64,000 nt of DNA, taken from contig OY781964.1 of NCBI GenBank assembly GCA_963677485.1, positions 576,001-640,000 on the forward strand, read 5' to 3'. Both the position numbers and the translations under genes were made by a program. Positions 1-9,376 of the stretch are shown piece by piece. Each line of letters opens with the position of its first letter. Position 1 is the first letter of the stretch. The notes beneath the pieces are model-generated. The model was not told the DNA's origin, made no database searches, and was given only the letters and a program-made list of their open reading frames with translations. The DNA is from Armatimonadota bacterium (GTDB taxonomy: Bacteria; Armatimonadota; HRBIN16).

Positions 1-450
1 CACGGACACACAGACGCTTACAGCACATCGGCCGGCTACCCGCAAATCGAGTCCGCGTCGTCGCAAGGCTACACGATGCGTCTCGTCAGGTTCAACCGAG
101 ATGGTTCGGGTAACTGGACACTGGGAAGTGTGGGCTACAACGGCGGTCAGAAATCTATGACCGTGGCATCAAGCCCCACAAAGCCATATATCAAGCGTAC
201 GTTTCTAAAGGCCAATGACGGATCTCTGTCTACCAACACCGTGACGATACAAAATGATCTTTCGGAAACATTCGAGAATGCACGTGCCCGTTTCATCATG
301 AAGCAGGGCACGCCGAAAGTGACCGGCGGCACCATCGTTGATTGCTATGATTCGGATGATCACCGCAAAACCATCGTGCTTGTGGAGATCAAAGCGACCG
401 CGAACCAGTCGAGTTCGTGCTCTGTCACGACATCGGCCTTGCGCAAATAG
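1..450 (+). CDS. C-terminal part of a gene starting before the window (possibly a metallophosphoesterase-containing protein)
   Basis: The frame of ORF 76..450 is open back to base 1 (HGHTDAYS...), resembling a GHT motif; it ends at TAG 448-450. Confidence 0.5.
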   Translation, partial: HGHTDAYSTSAGYPQIESASSQGYTMRLVRFNRDGSGNWTLGSVGYNGGQKSMTVASSPTKPYIKRTFLKANDGSLSTNTVTIQNDLSETFENARARFIMKQGTPKVTGGTIVDCYDSDDHRKTIVLVEIKATANQSSSCSVTTSALRK

Positions 451-473
451 AAGTCGATGCATCCAACCATCAC

Positions 474-566
474 CCAGATTTCGCCATTGTCCACCAAACA
501 ATGCCATATCTACTTGCAACCGATGGTGGATCATGTTAATATTTGGTAGATGATGGGCGATTTTGG
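474..566 (+). promoter_or_regulatory. Sigma70-type promoter inside a 10-bp-phased CCA/TGG operator-like array
   Basis: TTGCAA 514-519, 17 bp spacer, TG-n-TAATAT 537-542. CCA at 474/484/494/504 and TGG at 524/544/554/564. Confidence 0.65.
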
Positions 567-597
567 CCCGTAATGACTGAATTGGGAGCTTGACGAA

Positions 598-2064
598 ATG
601 ACGGTCTACCTGACATTCGACATCGGTACCACATCGATGAAGACCGCGCTGGTGGCCGATGATGGTGTGATGCTCGCGGTTTATACCACCGAATACAGCT
701 TCATGACGCCATCGCCCGGATGGGTGGAGATGGAGCCTGAGGCTTACTGGCAGGCCGCCATCGAGGGCACGCGTGAGGTTCTCCGACGCTCAAAAGTCAT
801 ACCCGCAGACATCGCAGCCATCGGCTTCAGCTCGCAAGGCCAGACCTTCGTGCCGATAGACACCTCTGGCAAACCACTCTACAACGCGATCGTGTGGCTG
901 GATGAACGCGCCGCGGAGATCACCAGAGAGTGGGAAGCCGCCTGGTTGTCTACTGCGCTGTTCCAGCAAATGGCTGGTTACCCTCAGATTTCACCTATGC
1001 TCACTGTGTACAAGATCGCATGGCTGGCCAGATACCAACCCGACGCTTTCAATGCCTGGAAGTTCCTCACCCTGCCCGACTACCTCATCTACCGTATGAC
1101 CGGTGAACTCGCCACCGACTTCACGATGGCCCAGACAACCGGGATGTATAATATCGGCTTACAGCAGTGGAACCCGCAGATGATCACCGCCGCAGGCATC
1201 CGCACAGATCAGCTTCCTAAAGTGCTCAAACCGGGTGATGTGGCGGGTAAGCTATCGAGTGCAGCGGCTGAGGCGTTGGGGCTCTGTGCGGGCGTACCGG
1301 TCTGCGTGGGTGCTAACGACCAACTCTGCGGAGCACTCGGTGCGGGTAACACTCGCGAAGGCATCGCCACGGAGACCACCGGTACGGCGCTGGCGGTTGT
1401 GGCCACCACCAACCAGCTCATCCGCGATTCGGGCTTCATCGTCGGTCGTCACCCGATGGGCAACGCCCACTTCGCCATGCCCTATACCAACACATCGGGC
1501 ATCGTGCTGAAGTGGCTGCGCGACCTCTGCGCCGAGGGTTCGAGTTATGAAAGTTTCCTAGCGGATGTAGAGCAGATTCCAGTTGGCAGCGATGGCATCA
1601 CGATGCTCCCCTACTTTTGCGGAACCGCCTCACCCGACTTCAATTCGGAGGCTCGCGGCGCGTTTGTCGGCCTCACCCTCGGGCACACCAAAGTGCATCT
1701 GGCCAGAGCTGTGATGGAGTCCTGCTGCTGTGTGCTTCAAGACTTGCTGGATGGGGTGGTCAAGCACGGCGTGTCGATCGATGTAGTGCGCTGCTTAGGT
1801 GGAGGTGCCCGCAGCGATGTCTGGCTGCAGATGAAGTCCGATATGCTTGGCACACGCGTAGAGCGGCCAGCCTGCACCGATGCCGCCTCCGTCGGAGCCG
1901 CCATCCTGGCTGCCGTGGGCACAGGACAGTGCGATTCCCTTCAGTCAGCCTCATCAAGCTGGTACCGCACCGATAAGGTGTTCGAGCCCGACAGCTCACG
2001 CTCCGCAGCCTACCAGGACGTATATCATCGACACATAGATATCCGAAAAAGGCTGTATGAATAA
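598..2064 (+). CDS. FGGY-family carbohydrate kinase (xylulokinase-like)
   Basis: DIGTTSMK, IGFSSQGQ, VWLDERA, GANDQ, LGGGARS motifs; 488 aa. Confidence 0.9.
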   Translation: MTVYLTFDIGTTSMKTALVADDGVMLAVYTTEYSFMTPSPGWVEMEPEAYWQAAIEGTREVLRRSKVIPADIAAIGFSSQGQTFVPIDTSGKPLYNAIVWLDERAAEITREWEAAWLSTALFQQMAGYPQISPMLTVYKIAWLARYQPDAFNAWKFLTLPDYLIYRMTGELATDFTMAQTTGMYNIGLQQWNPQMITAAGIRTDQLPKVLKPGDVAGKLSSAAAEALGLCAGVPVCVGANDQLCGALGAGNTREGIATETTGTALAVVATTNQLIRDSGFIVGRHPMGNAHFAMPYTNTSGIVLKWLRDLCAEGSSYESFLADVEQIPVGSDGITMLPYFCGTASPDFNSEARGAFVGLTLGHTKVHLARAVMESCCCVLQDLLDGVVKHGVSIDVVRCLGGGARSDVWLQMKSDMLGTRVERPACTDAASVGAAILAAVGTGQCDSLQSASSSWYRTDKVFEPDSSRSAAYQDVYHRHIDIRKRLYE

Positions 2065-2099
2065 AGAAATTTCGAGAGTTGTTCATCGAACAGCCGCCT

Positions 2100-2305
2100 C
2101 CGCCACAGCCTAAAGGCTATGGCTATTGACATGTCAAGCCTGCTGAAGCAGGCTGCAGGGCTTCGCCCTGTTAGTGCAGCTGGTGAATGTATGCTGTATA
2201 GCGATTCATGCGCCAATTCTCGGTGCCAACCATACGGCACGAAGAGCCGCAGCATGCTTCAGCATGCTTGAAATGTCAATAGCCATGTGCTTTAGCGCGT
2301 GGCGG
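2100..2305. repeat. Long imperfect palindromic element with nested hairpins
   Basis: Arm CCGCCACAGCCTAAAGGCTATGGCTATTGACATGTCAAGCCTGCTGAAGCAGGCTGC pairs with GCAGCATGCTTCAGCATGCTTGAAATGTCAATAGCCATGTGCTTTAGCGCGTGGCGG. Confidence 0.8.
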
Positions 2306-2380
2306 TGCCGGAATGAACGTAACAAAATCGCAATACACCCACAGCCCATATGCCGTGGACCATAAAAGTGAGGAATCAAC

Positions 2381-3769
2381 ATGAATAAGAAGCCGCTACT
2401 GCTTGGTTTTTGCCCCATCGGCAAGTTTGTGTTCAGCCATGAGGATGCCCTTAGGATAAAAGGCCTCCTTGAGGAGAAGTTCGCGGAGTGGGATGTCAAC
2501 TATGTGGGCATTGACGATGTGCTGCCTGACGGCATCGTGCGCTCACAAAAGGACGTCACCCCAGTGGTGGAGCACCTTCGCAAACAGGGCATCGACGCTC
2601 TGTTCATCCCGCACTGCAACTTCGGCACCGAGGGTGCGGCCGGTGTGATCGCACGGGAGCTTGGTGTGCCGGTATTGCTCTGGGGACCGCGGGACGACGC
2701 GCCGCTGGCCGATGGCACACGGTTGCGCGACTCGCTCTGCGGGTTGTTTGCCACCAGTAAGGTGCTGCACAAACTGAAGGTGCCCTTCCACTACATCGAA
2801 AACTGCTCGGTCGATGATCCAGCCTTCATGAATGGGTTCGACACCTTCCTGCGGGCCGCCAACGTGGTCAAGCGGATGAGGCGGCTGAAAATCGGGCAGA
2901 TTGGGCAACGTATCGACTTCTTCTGGACCACCATCGTGAACGAAAGTGAGCTGCTGGAGAATTTCGGCATCGAAGTACTGCCCATCGACATGGTGGAGTT
3001 CATCGAGAAGGTTCATGCTGAAGCACGCGACCACCACGACGAGATCATGCTGGAAGTTAACGCCACCACAGAACGCTTGAAGTTCGAGGGGTTTGACTCG
3101 CTGGAGCCCATCGTAAACATGATCGCCCTTCGCAATGTAATGCTCCGCGTGGCCGAATCCGAGCAGCTCGACGTCTTCTCGCTGCAATCCTTCTCCTCCA
3201 TCTGCGACGCATTGGACTGCATGGTGGAGTATGCCACCGCGATGGTCGCCGATGCTGGGGTGCCAGTTGCCTGTGAGTCGGACATCCATGGAGCGATCAG
3301 CTCCGCCATGCTCTCCGCGGCTTCATACGATAAGGAGCCCATCATCTTTGCGGACTTGACCGTCCGGCACCCCGAGAACGACAATGCCGTGCTCATTTGG
3401 CACTGCGCTTTCCCTGAGAGCTTGAAAAACCCAGATTCACCTGCATCGGTGGGCACGCACTGGATTCTGCCGGGGATTCAATCTGGCTCCTGCCACTGGG
3501 AGATGAAGCGTGGGCCACTCACCGTCGTGCGCTTCGACGGCGATGGCGGGCTTTACAGCACCATCAGCGGCGAAGGGCAAGCGGTGCCAGGACCCAGCAC
3601 GCTCAACACCTATGTGTGGATGGAAGTTCACAACTGGCCAGAGTGGGAGCGTATGTTCATCTACGGCCCATACATCCACCACGTCGCCTGCAGTTACGGT
3701 AACTACACGGATGTCATCAAACTGGCCTGCAAGTTCATTGCTGGCGTGGAACACGAGCAGTTGCCCTAA
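2381..3769 (+). CDS. L-fucose/L-arabinose isomerase family protein
   Basis: NFGTEG, RDSLCG, ACESDIHGA, WHC and YIHH motifs; RBS GAGG. Confidence 0.85.
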   Translation: MNKKPLLLGFCPIGKFVFSHEDALRIKGLLEEKFAEWDVNYVGIDDVLPDGIVRSQKDVTPVVEHLRKQGIDALFIPHCNFGTEGAAGVIARELGVPVLLWGPRDDAPLADGTRLRDSLCGLFATSKVLHKLKVPFHYIENCSVDDPAFMNGFDTFLRAANVVKRMRRLKIGQIGQRIDFFWTTIVNESELLENFGIEVLPIDMVEFIEKVHAEARDHHDEIMLEVNATTERLKFEGFDSLEPIVNMIALRNVMLRVAESEQLDVFSLQSFSSICDALDCMVEYATAMVADAGVPVACESDIHGAISSAMLSAASYDKEPIIFADLTVRHPENDNAVLIWHCAFPESLKNPDSPASVGTHWILPGIQSGSCHWEMKRGPLTVVRFDGDGGLYSTISGEGQAVPGPSTLNTYVWMEVHNWPEWERMFIYGPYIHHVACSYGNYTDVIKLACKFIAGVEHEQLP

Positions 3770-3821
3770 CGCAATAAGATCACCGATCAGGTGGTCACAC
3801 TAACGAAAAAGAGGAATACAT

Positions 3822-4616
3822 ATGTCATACCTATTCAGAGACCAATCCTGGCCCAAAATCCAGGAACACATTGATAAGCAGTCACTGTTGATCCTGCCGA
3901 TCGGCACCACCGAGGAGCACGGCCCTCATCTGCCCGTCGACACCGACGCCCGCATCGCTGAGGCGTTCGGCAACAGACTGGCCCAGGAACTCTCACCCGA
4001 TCTTCCGGTGCTGTTGATGGACACCATCCGTTACGGCTATTCGATGCAGATTATGAAGCAGTGGCCCGGCACCATCGTGGTCAGAAGCCGCGTGTTTATG
4101 GATATGGTGTTTGATATCTGCCGCTCCGTTCTGGACATGGGCTTCACCAAGCTTGTCATTCTCGACTGCCACGGGCACCACAGCGGCCCGCTCAACACCG
4201 TCTCACGTGAGCTCTGCGATGCTTGCGGGAAGGCGGTCTCGATCATCAGCCCAGCCCATATGTCGCGTGATGCCTTCAACGCGATCCGAAAATCACCGCA
4301 GGGTGGAGCCATCCACGCCTGCGAATGGGAGACCTCGCTCTGTCTGCACCTGAACCCTGAAGCGGTCGATATGTCGCTGGCCACCGATGTGGACCAGATG
4401 AACTACCATACGGAATTCGTGGCCGGTGACGGCTTCATGGGCCGCCAGATGGTCACATGGTCGACCTGGTATCTGCAGCCCAGTCAGACTGGCACCTACG
4501 GATCGCCCACCTTCGCGACCGCCGAGACGGGCAAAATCGTGATGGACGCCGCGGTTGAGAACTCCACGCGCTTCCTGCGCCAATACTGGGAGACACCATC
4601 ACAGCAGATTTTGTAA
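3822..4616 (+). CDS. Creatininase-family amidohydrolase
   Basis: LPIGTTEEHGPHLPVDTD, DCHGHH and HACEWETS motifs. Confidence 0.9.
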   Translation: MSYLFRDQSWPKIQEHIDKQSLLILPIGTTEEHGPHLPVDTDARIAEAFGNRLAQELSPDLPVLLMDTIRYGYSMQIMKQWPGTIVVRSRVFMDMVFDICRSVLDMGFTKLVILDCHGHHSGPLNTVSRELCDACGKAVSIISPAHMSRDAFNAIRKSPQGGAIHACEWETSLCLHLNPEAVDMSLATDVDQMNYHTEFVAGDGFMGRQMVTWSTWYLQPSQTGTYGSPTFATAETGKIVMDAAVENSTRFLRQYWETPSQQIL

Positions 4617-4640
4617 GGGCCCTTTCCGTAGTTTCCGGCC

Positions 4641-4669
4641 GTAGGGATGACCCTTGTGGGCATCCCTAC
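4641..4669. repeat. GTAG-type REP palindrome
   Basis: GTAGGGATG-ACCCTTGTGGG-CATCCCTAC; same family as the copies at 28514-28704 and 30526-30611. Confidence 0.75.
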
Positions 4670-4703
4670 AATCGAGATTACCGGGTAACAAGGAGGTAAT
4701 ACC

Positions 4704-5798
4704 ATCGATAACGCAGCTCGCACACTGCTATATAAGCCAGACTGGGCGATAGCCCAGAAACGCTGGAACGCCTTCTGGGACTGCGGACCGACAGACAGAC
4801 CATGCCTGTGCGTGACCGCTCCGCGGCCTGTCACGTTGCCGCCGGAACCGGAATACCGCACGATGGAGGACTTCTACTTCGACCCGGAGTATGTCTCCAA
4901 CCGGATACTGAGGATGATGGAGTCCACATGGTTTGGCGGCGAGACGGTGCCCTCCTACAACTATCTCATGGCGGGTTATGCGCTGGGATGCGGGCCTGGG
5001 GTTGAGTTCGCGAAGGACACCGTTTGGCACCCCAGAAACTGGAAGAGCATTGATGATCCCGTGCCCTGGCACCCGGGACCAAATGATCCCTGGCGTCCGA
5101 AGATGGAAAAACTGCTCAATCGTATCATCGAAGCCTCGAAAGGCAAGTTCCTTGTGGGCTATGTCTGCCAGACGATGATGAATGATCTGCTCGCTGTTTC
5201 GCGTGGCACCGAGCAGTTTCTGATTGACCTCGCGACCAATATGGATACCTGCATCCTGCGCCTGAGCGAGACACTCCCGCTGTGGCTGGAGGATATGGAG
5301 CACTTCAGTCAGCTCGTGGATGCCCATCAACCGGGCTGCGGGCATGTGTGGGCTGACCTGTGGTCAGAGCAGCCGTTCGCCATCTCGCAGTCAGATATGT
5401 CTTGCATGGTCTCGAAGCAGATGTTTGAGAGCTATGCGCTGGCCGAAGTGGACTTCCTGGGTGAGCACTACGACCGTATCTGGTATCACCTTGATGGTCC
5501 AGGAGCAGTGCGCCACCTGCCGTCGTTGCTGAGCCGTCCGCATGTCCGGGCCATCCAATACGTGCCGGGTGATGGGGTTCCGTCGAATGGCCCCCACTGG
5601 ATGGAGGTCTATCGGCAGGTTCAGGAAGCCGGCCGATGCCTGGACATCACCGTACCGCTGGAGAATGTGGAGTATTTGGTGCGCCATTTGAGCCCCGAGG
5701 GGCTGCGCATCAACACCTCGACAGCCACCATCGCACAAGGCGAAGAGCTGCTCGATGCCGCCGTGAACTGGTGCGGTTCGGATTGGAACAAGGCGTGA
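4704..5798 (+). CDS. Uroporphyrinogen decarboxylase/methyltransferase-like TIM-barrel protein; probable ATC start
   Basis: C-terminal YHLDGPGA..HL, IQYVPG and LSPEGL. The frame is open upstream of GTG 4812 (YKPDW..AQKRWNAFW...DRP) to ATC 4704, 7 nt after AGGAGG. Confidence 0.75.
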   Translation: MDNAARTLLYKPDWAIAQKRWNAFWDCGPTDRPCLCVTAPRPVTLPPEPEYRTMEDFYFDPEYVSNRILRMMESTWFGGETVPSYNYLMAGYALGCGPGVEFAKDTVWHPRNWKSIDDPVPWHPGPNDPWRPKMEKLLNRIIEASKGKFLVGYVCQTMMNDLLAVSRGTEQFLIDLATNMDTCILRLSETLPLWLEDMEHFSQLVDAHQPGCGHVWADLWSEQPFAISQSDMSCMVSKQMFESYALAEVDFLGEHYDRIWYHLDGPGAVRHLPSLLSRPHVRAIQYVPGDGVPSNGPHWMEVYRQVQEAGRCLDITVPLENVEYLVRHLSPEGLRINTSTATIAQGEELLDAAVNWCGSDWNKA

Positions 5799-5835
5799 TG
5801 ATGAGGTATTCACTCAACACTCACCTGAAAGTTCA

Positions 5836-5898
5836 CCATACTTCACCATATAATGACATTATATCTTGATATATATGGCGTATATTGGTAATATATGG
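5836..5898 (+). promoter_or_regulatory. Promoter of the DeoR gene with a phased CCA/TGG array
   Basis: TTGATA 5866-5871, 17 bp spacer, TG-n-TAATAT 5889-5894. CCA at 5836/5846 and TGG at 5876/5886/5896. Confidence 0.65.
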
Positions 5899-5927
5899 TG
5901 GAATACAAACGAAATGAGAGGTGTCCG

Positions 5928-6773
5928 TTGAGTTCTATCCGACCGGAGCAACCGGCTGTCATCGCTGAAGACCGCCGTCAGAAGATCGTAGAGCGCATCC
6001 AACTGCAGGGCTCTGTGACGGTCAATGAACTGGCCGACTCGCTGGCCGTTGGCGCGAACACCATCCGCCGCGACCTGGAGCTGCTGGACAAAGAGGGCAA
6101 GCTGCGGCGATCCTATGGCGGAGCGGTGGCGATCAAAAGTGCCAGCCCGCGTCCGCCGTATGAGCAGACCCGCAACGAATACATGCTCGAGAAGTCATGG
6201 ATCGGACAGACGGCCCTCTCGTATGCACCAGACTCGGGCACGGTGTTCCTGGGATCGGGCAGCACCACCTACCAACTGGCATCGAAATGGTGTCCTTCCC
6301 CACAAGTGCATATCTTGACCAACTCCCTTGAGAACGTGCTATGCCTGACCAACAACGGCGTTGATTGCGTGGACTTCCCTGGAGGCAGCATCCGGCGGGA
6401 ATGCCTCGAATCGGACATGTCGATGTCCCGCGATATCCTGGACGGGCTCTATTGGGATGTCACCATCATGGGAGTGGAAGCCATTGATCCCGTGCGGGGC
6501 ATCACCGCACTCGACCGCTCCGGTGCGGAGCTGCAGCGGCTGATCATCGAGCATGGCGAAAAGGTGATCGTGCTCTGCGACTCATCTAAACTCGATCGGT
6601 TCGCCTATGCGCGCGTGGGGCCGGTCAGTATGATGGATATGCTCATCACAGATCCGGGCATCAGTCTCGAAACCATCAAGGCTTTTAACCTGGCAGGCGT
6701 GGAAGTGGTGGTCGCAGCGGCAACGAATGAGCTGCGACAGCACCACCCGCCGACCAATAACGTATTCGACTGA
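5928..6773 (+). CDS. DeoR/GlpR-family transcriptional regulator
   Basis: HTH 'VTVNELA..L.V...TIRRDL..L', YGGA, GSGSTT, DSSK. TTG start after GAGAGGTG; ATG 5895 abuts the -10 box and is an unlikely start. Confidence 0.9.
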   Translation: MSSIRPEQPAVIAEDRRQKIVERIQLQGSVTVNELADSLAVGANTIRRDLELLDKEGKLRRSYGGAVAIKSASPRPPYEQTRNEYMLEKSWIGQTALSYAPDSGTVFLGSGSTTYQLASKWCPSPQVHILTNSLENVLCLTNNGVDCVDFPGGSIRRECLESDMSMSRDILDGLYWDVTIMGVEAIDPVRGITALDRSGAELQRLIIEHGEKVIVLCDSSKLDRFAYARVGPVSMMDMLITDPGISLETIKAFNLAGVEVVVAAATNELRQHHPPTNNVFD

Positions 6774-6786
6774 GGAGGCAACCGAC

Positions 6787-8172
6787 ATGGAACGACCATC
6801 CACATATGGAACCTATGACCCAGCACCCTACAACCTGGACCTCTCCGTTTGGCCTGAGCTAGTGAGTTCAGAAATCCCAGGCCCGATGAGTAAAGAGATG
6901 CACTCGAAGGCATGCGAGTATATCAGGGGCCTGTCCGGACAGGTGAAACTCTTCCCCGTGGTGTTCGAAAGCGGCAAAGGCTGCACTCTGCAAGATGTAG
7001 ACGGCAACAAATACATCGACTTCTCCAGCGGCATCTATGTCACCACCCTGGGGCATTGCCATCCCAAAGTGTCTGAGGCAGTGGCCAAAGCGGCCAACAC
7101 CTTGATGAACGCCCATGACTTCACCACTCCCATCAAGATGAAGCTGCTAGAAAAGCTGATCGAAGTGCTGCCAGGTGACTTGAAAGGCGTCCAGTTGTAT
7201 GACTCCGGCACCACCGCCGTGGAGGCTGGCCTCCGGACCTGCCGCGCAGCCACTGGCAAGTACGAGTTCATCTCGTGCTTCAAAGATTTCCATGGCAAAA
7301 GTGGCCACTCGATGAGCCTGGCCAACATGACGCAGCTGAACGGGCATGGACGCTCTCAGGGCTTCTACATGGTGCCGCGGCCCGACACCTATCGGCCTTG
7401 GTGGACGCGTGAAGACGGCTCCATCGATACCGAAAAGTATCTGGAGTTCTACGACGCATACATCAAGAACGGCACCACCAATCAGATTGCGGCATTCGTG
7501 CTGGAGCCCATCCAGGGCTGGGGCGGTTCGATCATGCCTCCGGACGACTTCTTCCCGAAACTCTCCGTTTTCTGTAAAGAGCGCGGCATTCTGTTGTTCG
7601 CAGATGAGGTGCTCACAAGCTGGGGCCGCACCGGTAAATACCTGTGCATGGAGCACTGGGGTGTGGTTCCCGACGTAGTCACTCTGGGCAAGGGCTTTGG
7701 CAACGGCTTCCCTGTGACCGCGATGGTCGTGCGTGAGGAGTATGCCGACGCGGTGGACAAGATCAGCGCCTCCACAAGCTATGGCGGTAACCCGATGGCC
7801 TGTGCTGCAGCTCTGGCCTCCATTGAAGTGATCGAAGAAGAGGGTCTGCTGGCGCACGCGAAGGAGCTGGAAGATATCTTCCGCGCGAAGATGGCCGATT
7901 GGACCACCAAATACGCCATCGTGGGCGATTGCCGCGTGAAGGGCTGCTTGATGGGTGTGGAGCTTGTGAAAGACAAGGCCACCAAGGAGCCATTCGACGA
8001 AGCCGGCAAGCTGGTTTACCAAGCCGCCTTCCGCAAGGGTCTTGCCTGGATCCCCGCCGGTCACATTCTGCGCATGAGCCCCCCGATCATCATGCCAAAC
8101 GAGGTGGCGATCAAGGCAATGGACATCATCGAGGAGTCGATCGCTGAAGTCCAGGCGAAACTGGGGTATTAA
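6787..8172 (+). CDS. Class III PLP-dependent aminotransferase
   Basis: DVDGNKYIDF, SGTTAVE, FHGK, EPIQG, DEV and TLGKG (PLP lysine); RBS GAGGAGG before ATG 6787. Confidence 0.92.
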   Translation: MERPSTYGTYDPAPYNLDLSVWPELVSSEIPGPMSKEMHSKACEYIRGLSGQVKLFPVVFESGKGCTLQDVDGNKYIDFSSGIYVTTLGHCHPKVSEAVAKAANTLMNAHDFTTPIKMKLLEKLIEVLPGDLKGVQLYDSGTTAVEAGLRTCRAATGKYEFISCFKDFHGKSGHSMSLANMTQLNGHGRSQGFYMVPRPDTYRPWWTREDGSIDTEKYLEFYDAYIKNGTTNQIAAFVLEPIQGWGGSIMPPDDFFPKLSVFCKERGILLFADEVLTSWGRTGKYLCMEHWGVVPDVVTLGKGFGNGFPVTAMVVREEYADAVDKISASTSYGGNPMACAAALASIEVIEEEGLLAHAKELEDIFRAKMADWTTKYAIVGDCRVKGCLMGVELVKDKATKEPFDEAGKLVYQAAFRKGLAWIPAGHILRMSPPIIMPNEVAIKAMDIIEESIAEVQAKLGY

Positions 8173-8176
8173 TGAA

Positions 8177-9334
8177 TTGAGAACGGTGAAGTTCGGGATC
8201 ATTGGCTGCGGGCTCATGGGCAGGGAGCTCGCCAGCGCCACCGCACGCTGGTGCCACCTGCCCGGCATGGACGTGCGTCCTGAGCTGGTCGCCGTCTGCT
8301 CCAGAAGCGAGTCATCGCGCGCCTGGTTCACCGACAACTTCAGCTCGGTCAAACAGTCCACTCCCGATTACAGGGAGCTGCTGGCAAACCCCGATGTGGA
8401 GCTGGTGTATTGCGCGGTGCCTCACAACCTGCATCAGCAGTTCTACTGCGACATCATCGCGGCGGGTAAGCATCTGCTGGGTGAGAAGCCCTTTGGCATC
8501 GATCAGGCTGCGAACACCGCGATACTGGAGTGCATCGCGGCCCATCCGAATGTGTTCGTGCGCTGTTCGTCCGAGTTTCCCTTCGTACCCGCCGTCCAGC
8601 GGATGTGCAACATGATCGAGGCCGGTGAGATCGGCGAGATCATCGAGGTCAACGCGGGCTTCAAGCATTCCAGCGACTTGGACGCCAGCAAGCCCATCAA
8701 CTGGAAGCGCATCATCGAGTTCAACGGCGAGTATGGCTGCATGGGCGACTTGGGCATGCATGTGTGCCATGTGCCGTTCCGTGCGGGCTGGCTGCCCAGG
8801 AATGTGCGGGCGGTGCTGTCCAACCTGGTGCCTGAGCGGCCAGACGGCAAGGGCGGAGTAACCCCCTGTGAAACCTGGGACAACGCCACGCTGCTGTGCG
8901 AGGCGGAGAACCCCGCAACCGGCCACAGCTTCCCGCTCACCATCAAGACCCAGCGAATCGCGCCGGGTGAAAAAGACACCTGGTACTGCGAAGTGATCGG
9001 GATGCGCAAGAGCGTGAAATACTCGTCGAAGAACACCAATTCGATTCAGATACTAGACTATTCGCAAGGTGGCGAGCAGGCCTGGCAGCAGATCGACATG
9101 GGGCATGAGACCGCTTTCAAGAGCATCACCGGCGGGATTTTTGAGTTCGGGTTTTCCGATTCAATGCTTCAGATGTGGGCGGCATTCCTCTACGAGCTGG
9201 CGCATGGCCAGCCTTTGAAGCGGTTTGCAGGATGCGTCACGCCGGAGGAGACCGCGCTGAGCCACCGCCTCTTCACCGCGGCACTGCAATCGCACCGCGA
9301 GAGCAGCACGGTGAAGATCGAGACCGAATATTAA
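8177..9334 (+). CDS. Gfo/Idh/MocA-family oxidoreductase
   Basis: GIIGCGLMG Rossmann motif, EKP, GDLGMH. Confidence 0.9.
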   Translation: MRTVKFGIIGCGLMGRELASATARWCHLPGMDVRPELVAVCSRSESSRAWFTDNFSSVKQSTPDYRELLANPDVELVYCAVPHNLHQQFYCDIIAAGKHLLGEKPFGIDQAANTAILECIAAHPNVFVRCSSEFPFVPAVQRMCNMIEAGEIGEIIEVNAGFKHSSDLDASKPINWKRIIEFNGEYGCMGDLGMHVCHVPFRAGWLPRNVRAVLSNLVPERPDGKGGVTPCETWDNATLLCEAENPATGHSFPLTIKTQRIAPGEKDTWYCEVIGMRKSVKYSSKNTNSIQILDYSQGGEQAWQQIDMGHETAFKSITGGIFEFGFSDSMLQMWAAFLYELAHGQPLKRFAGCVTPEETALSHRLFTAALQSHRESSTVKIETEY

Positions 9335-9376
9335 CCCGGTGTGATAGGCAGCAACCCATATGATTGGCGGACCAAT

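Noticed and set aside
7147-8361. Long antisense ORFs (404 aa here; also 23792..24784, 44781..45644 and 57197..58030)
   Set aside because: They are shadows of well-supported genes on the opposite strand in GC-rich DNA and have no recognisable motifs.
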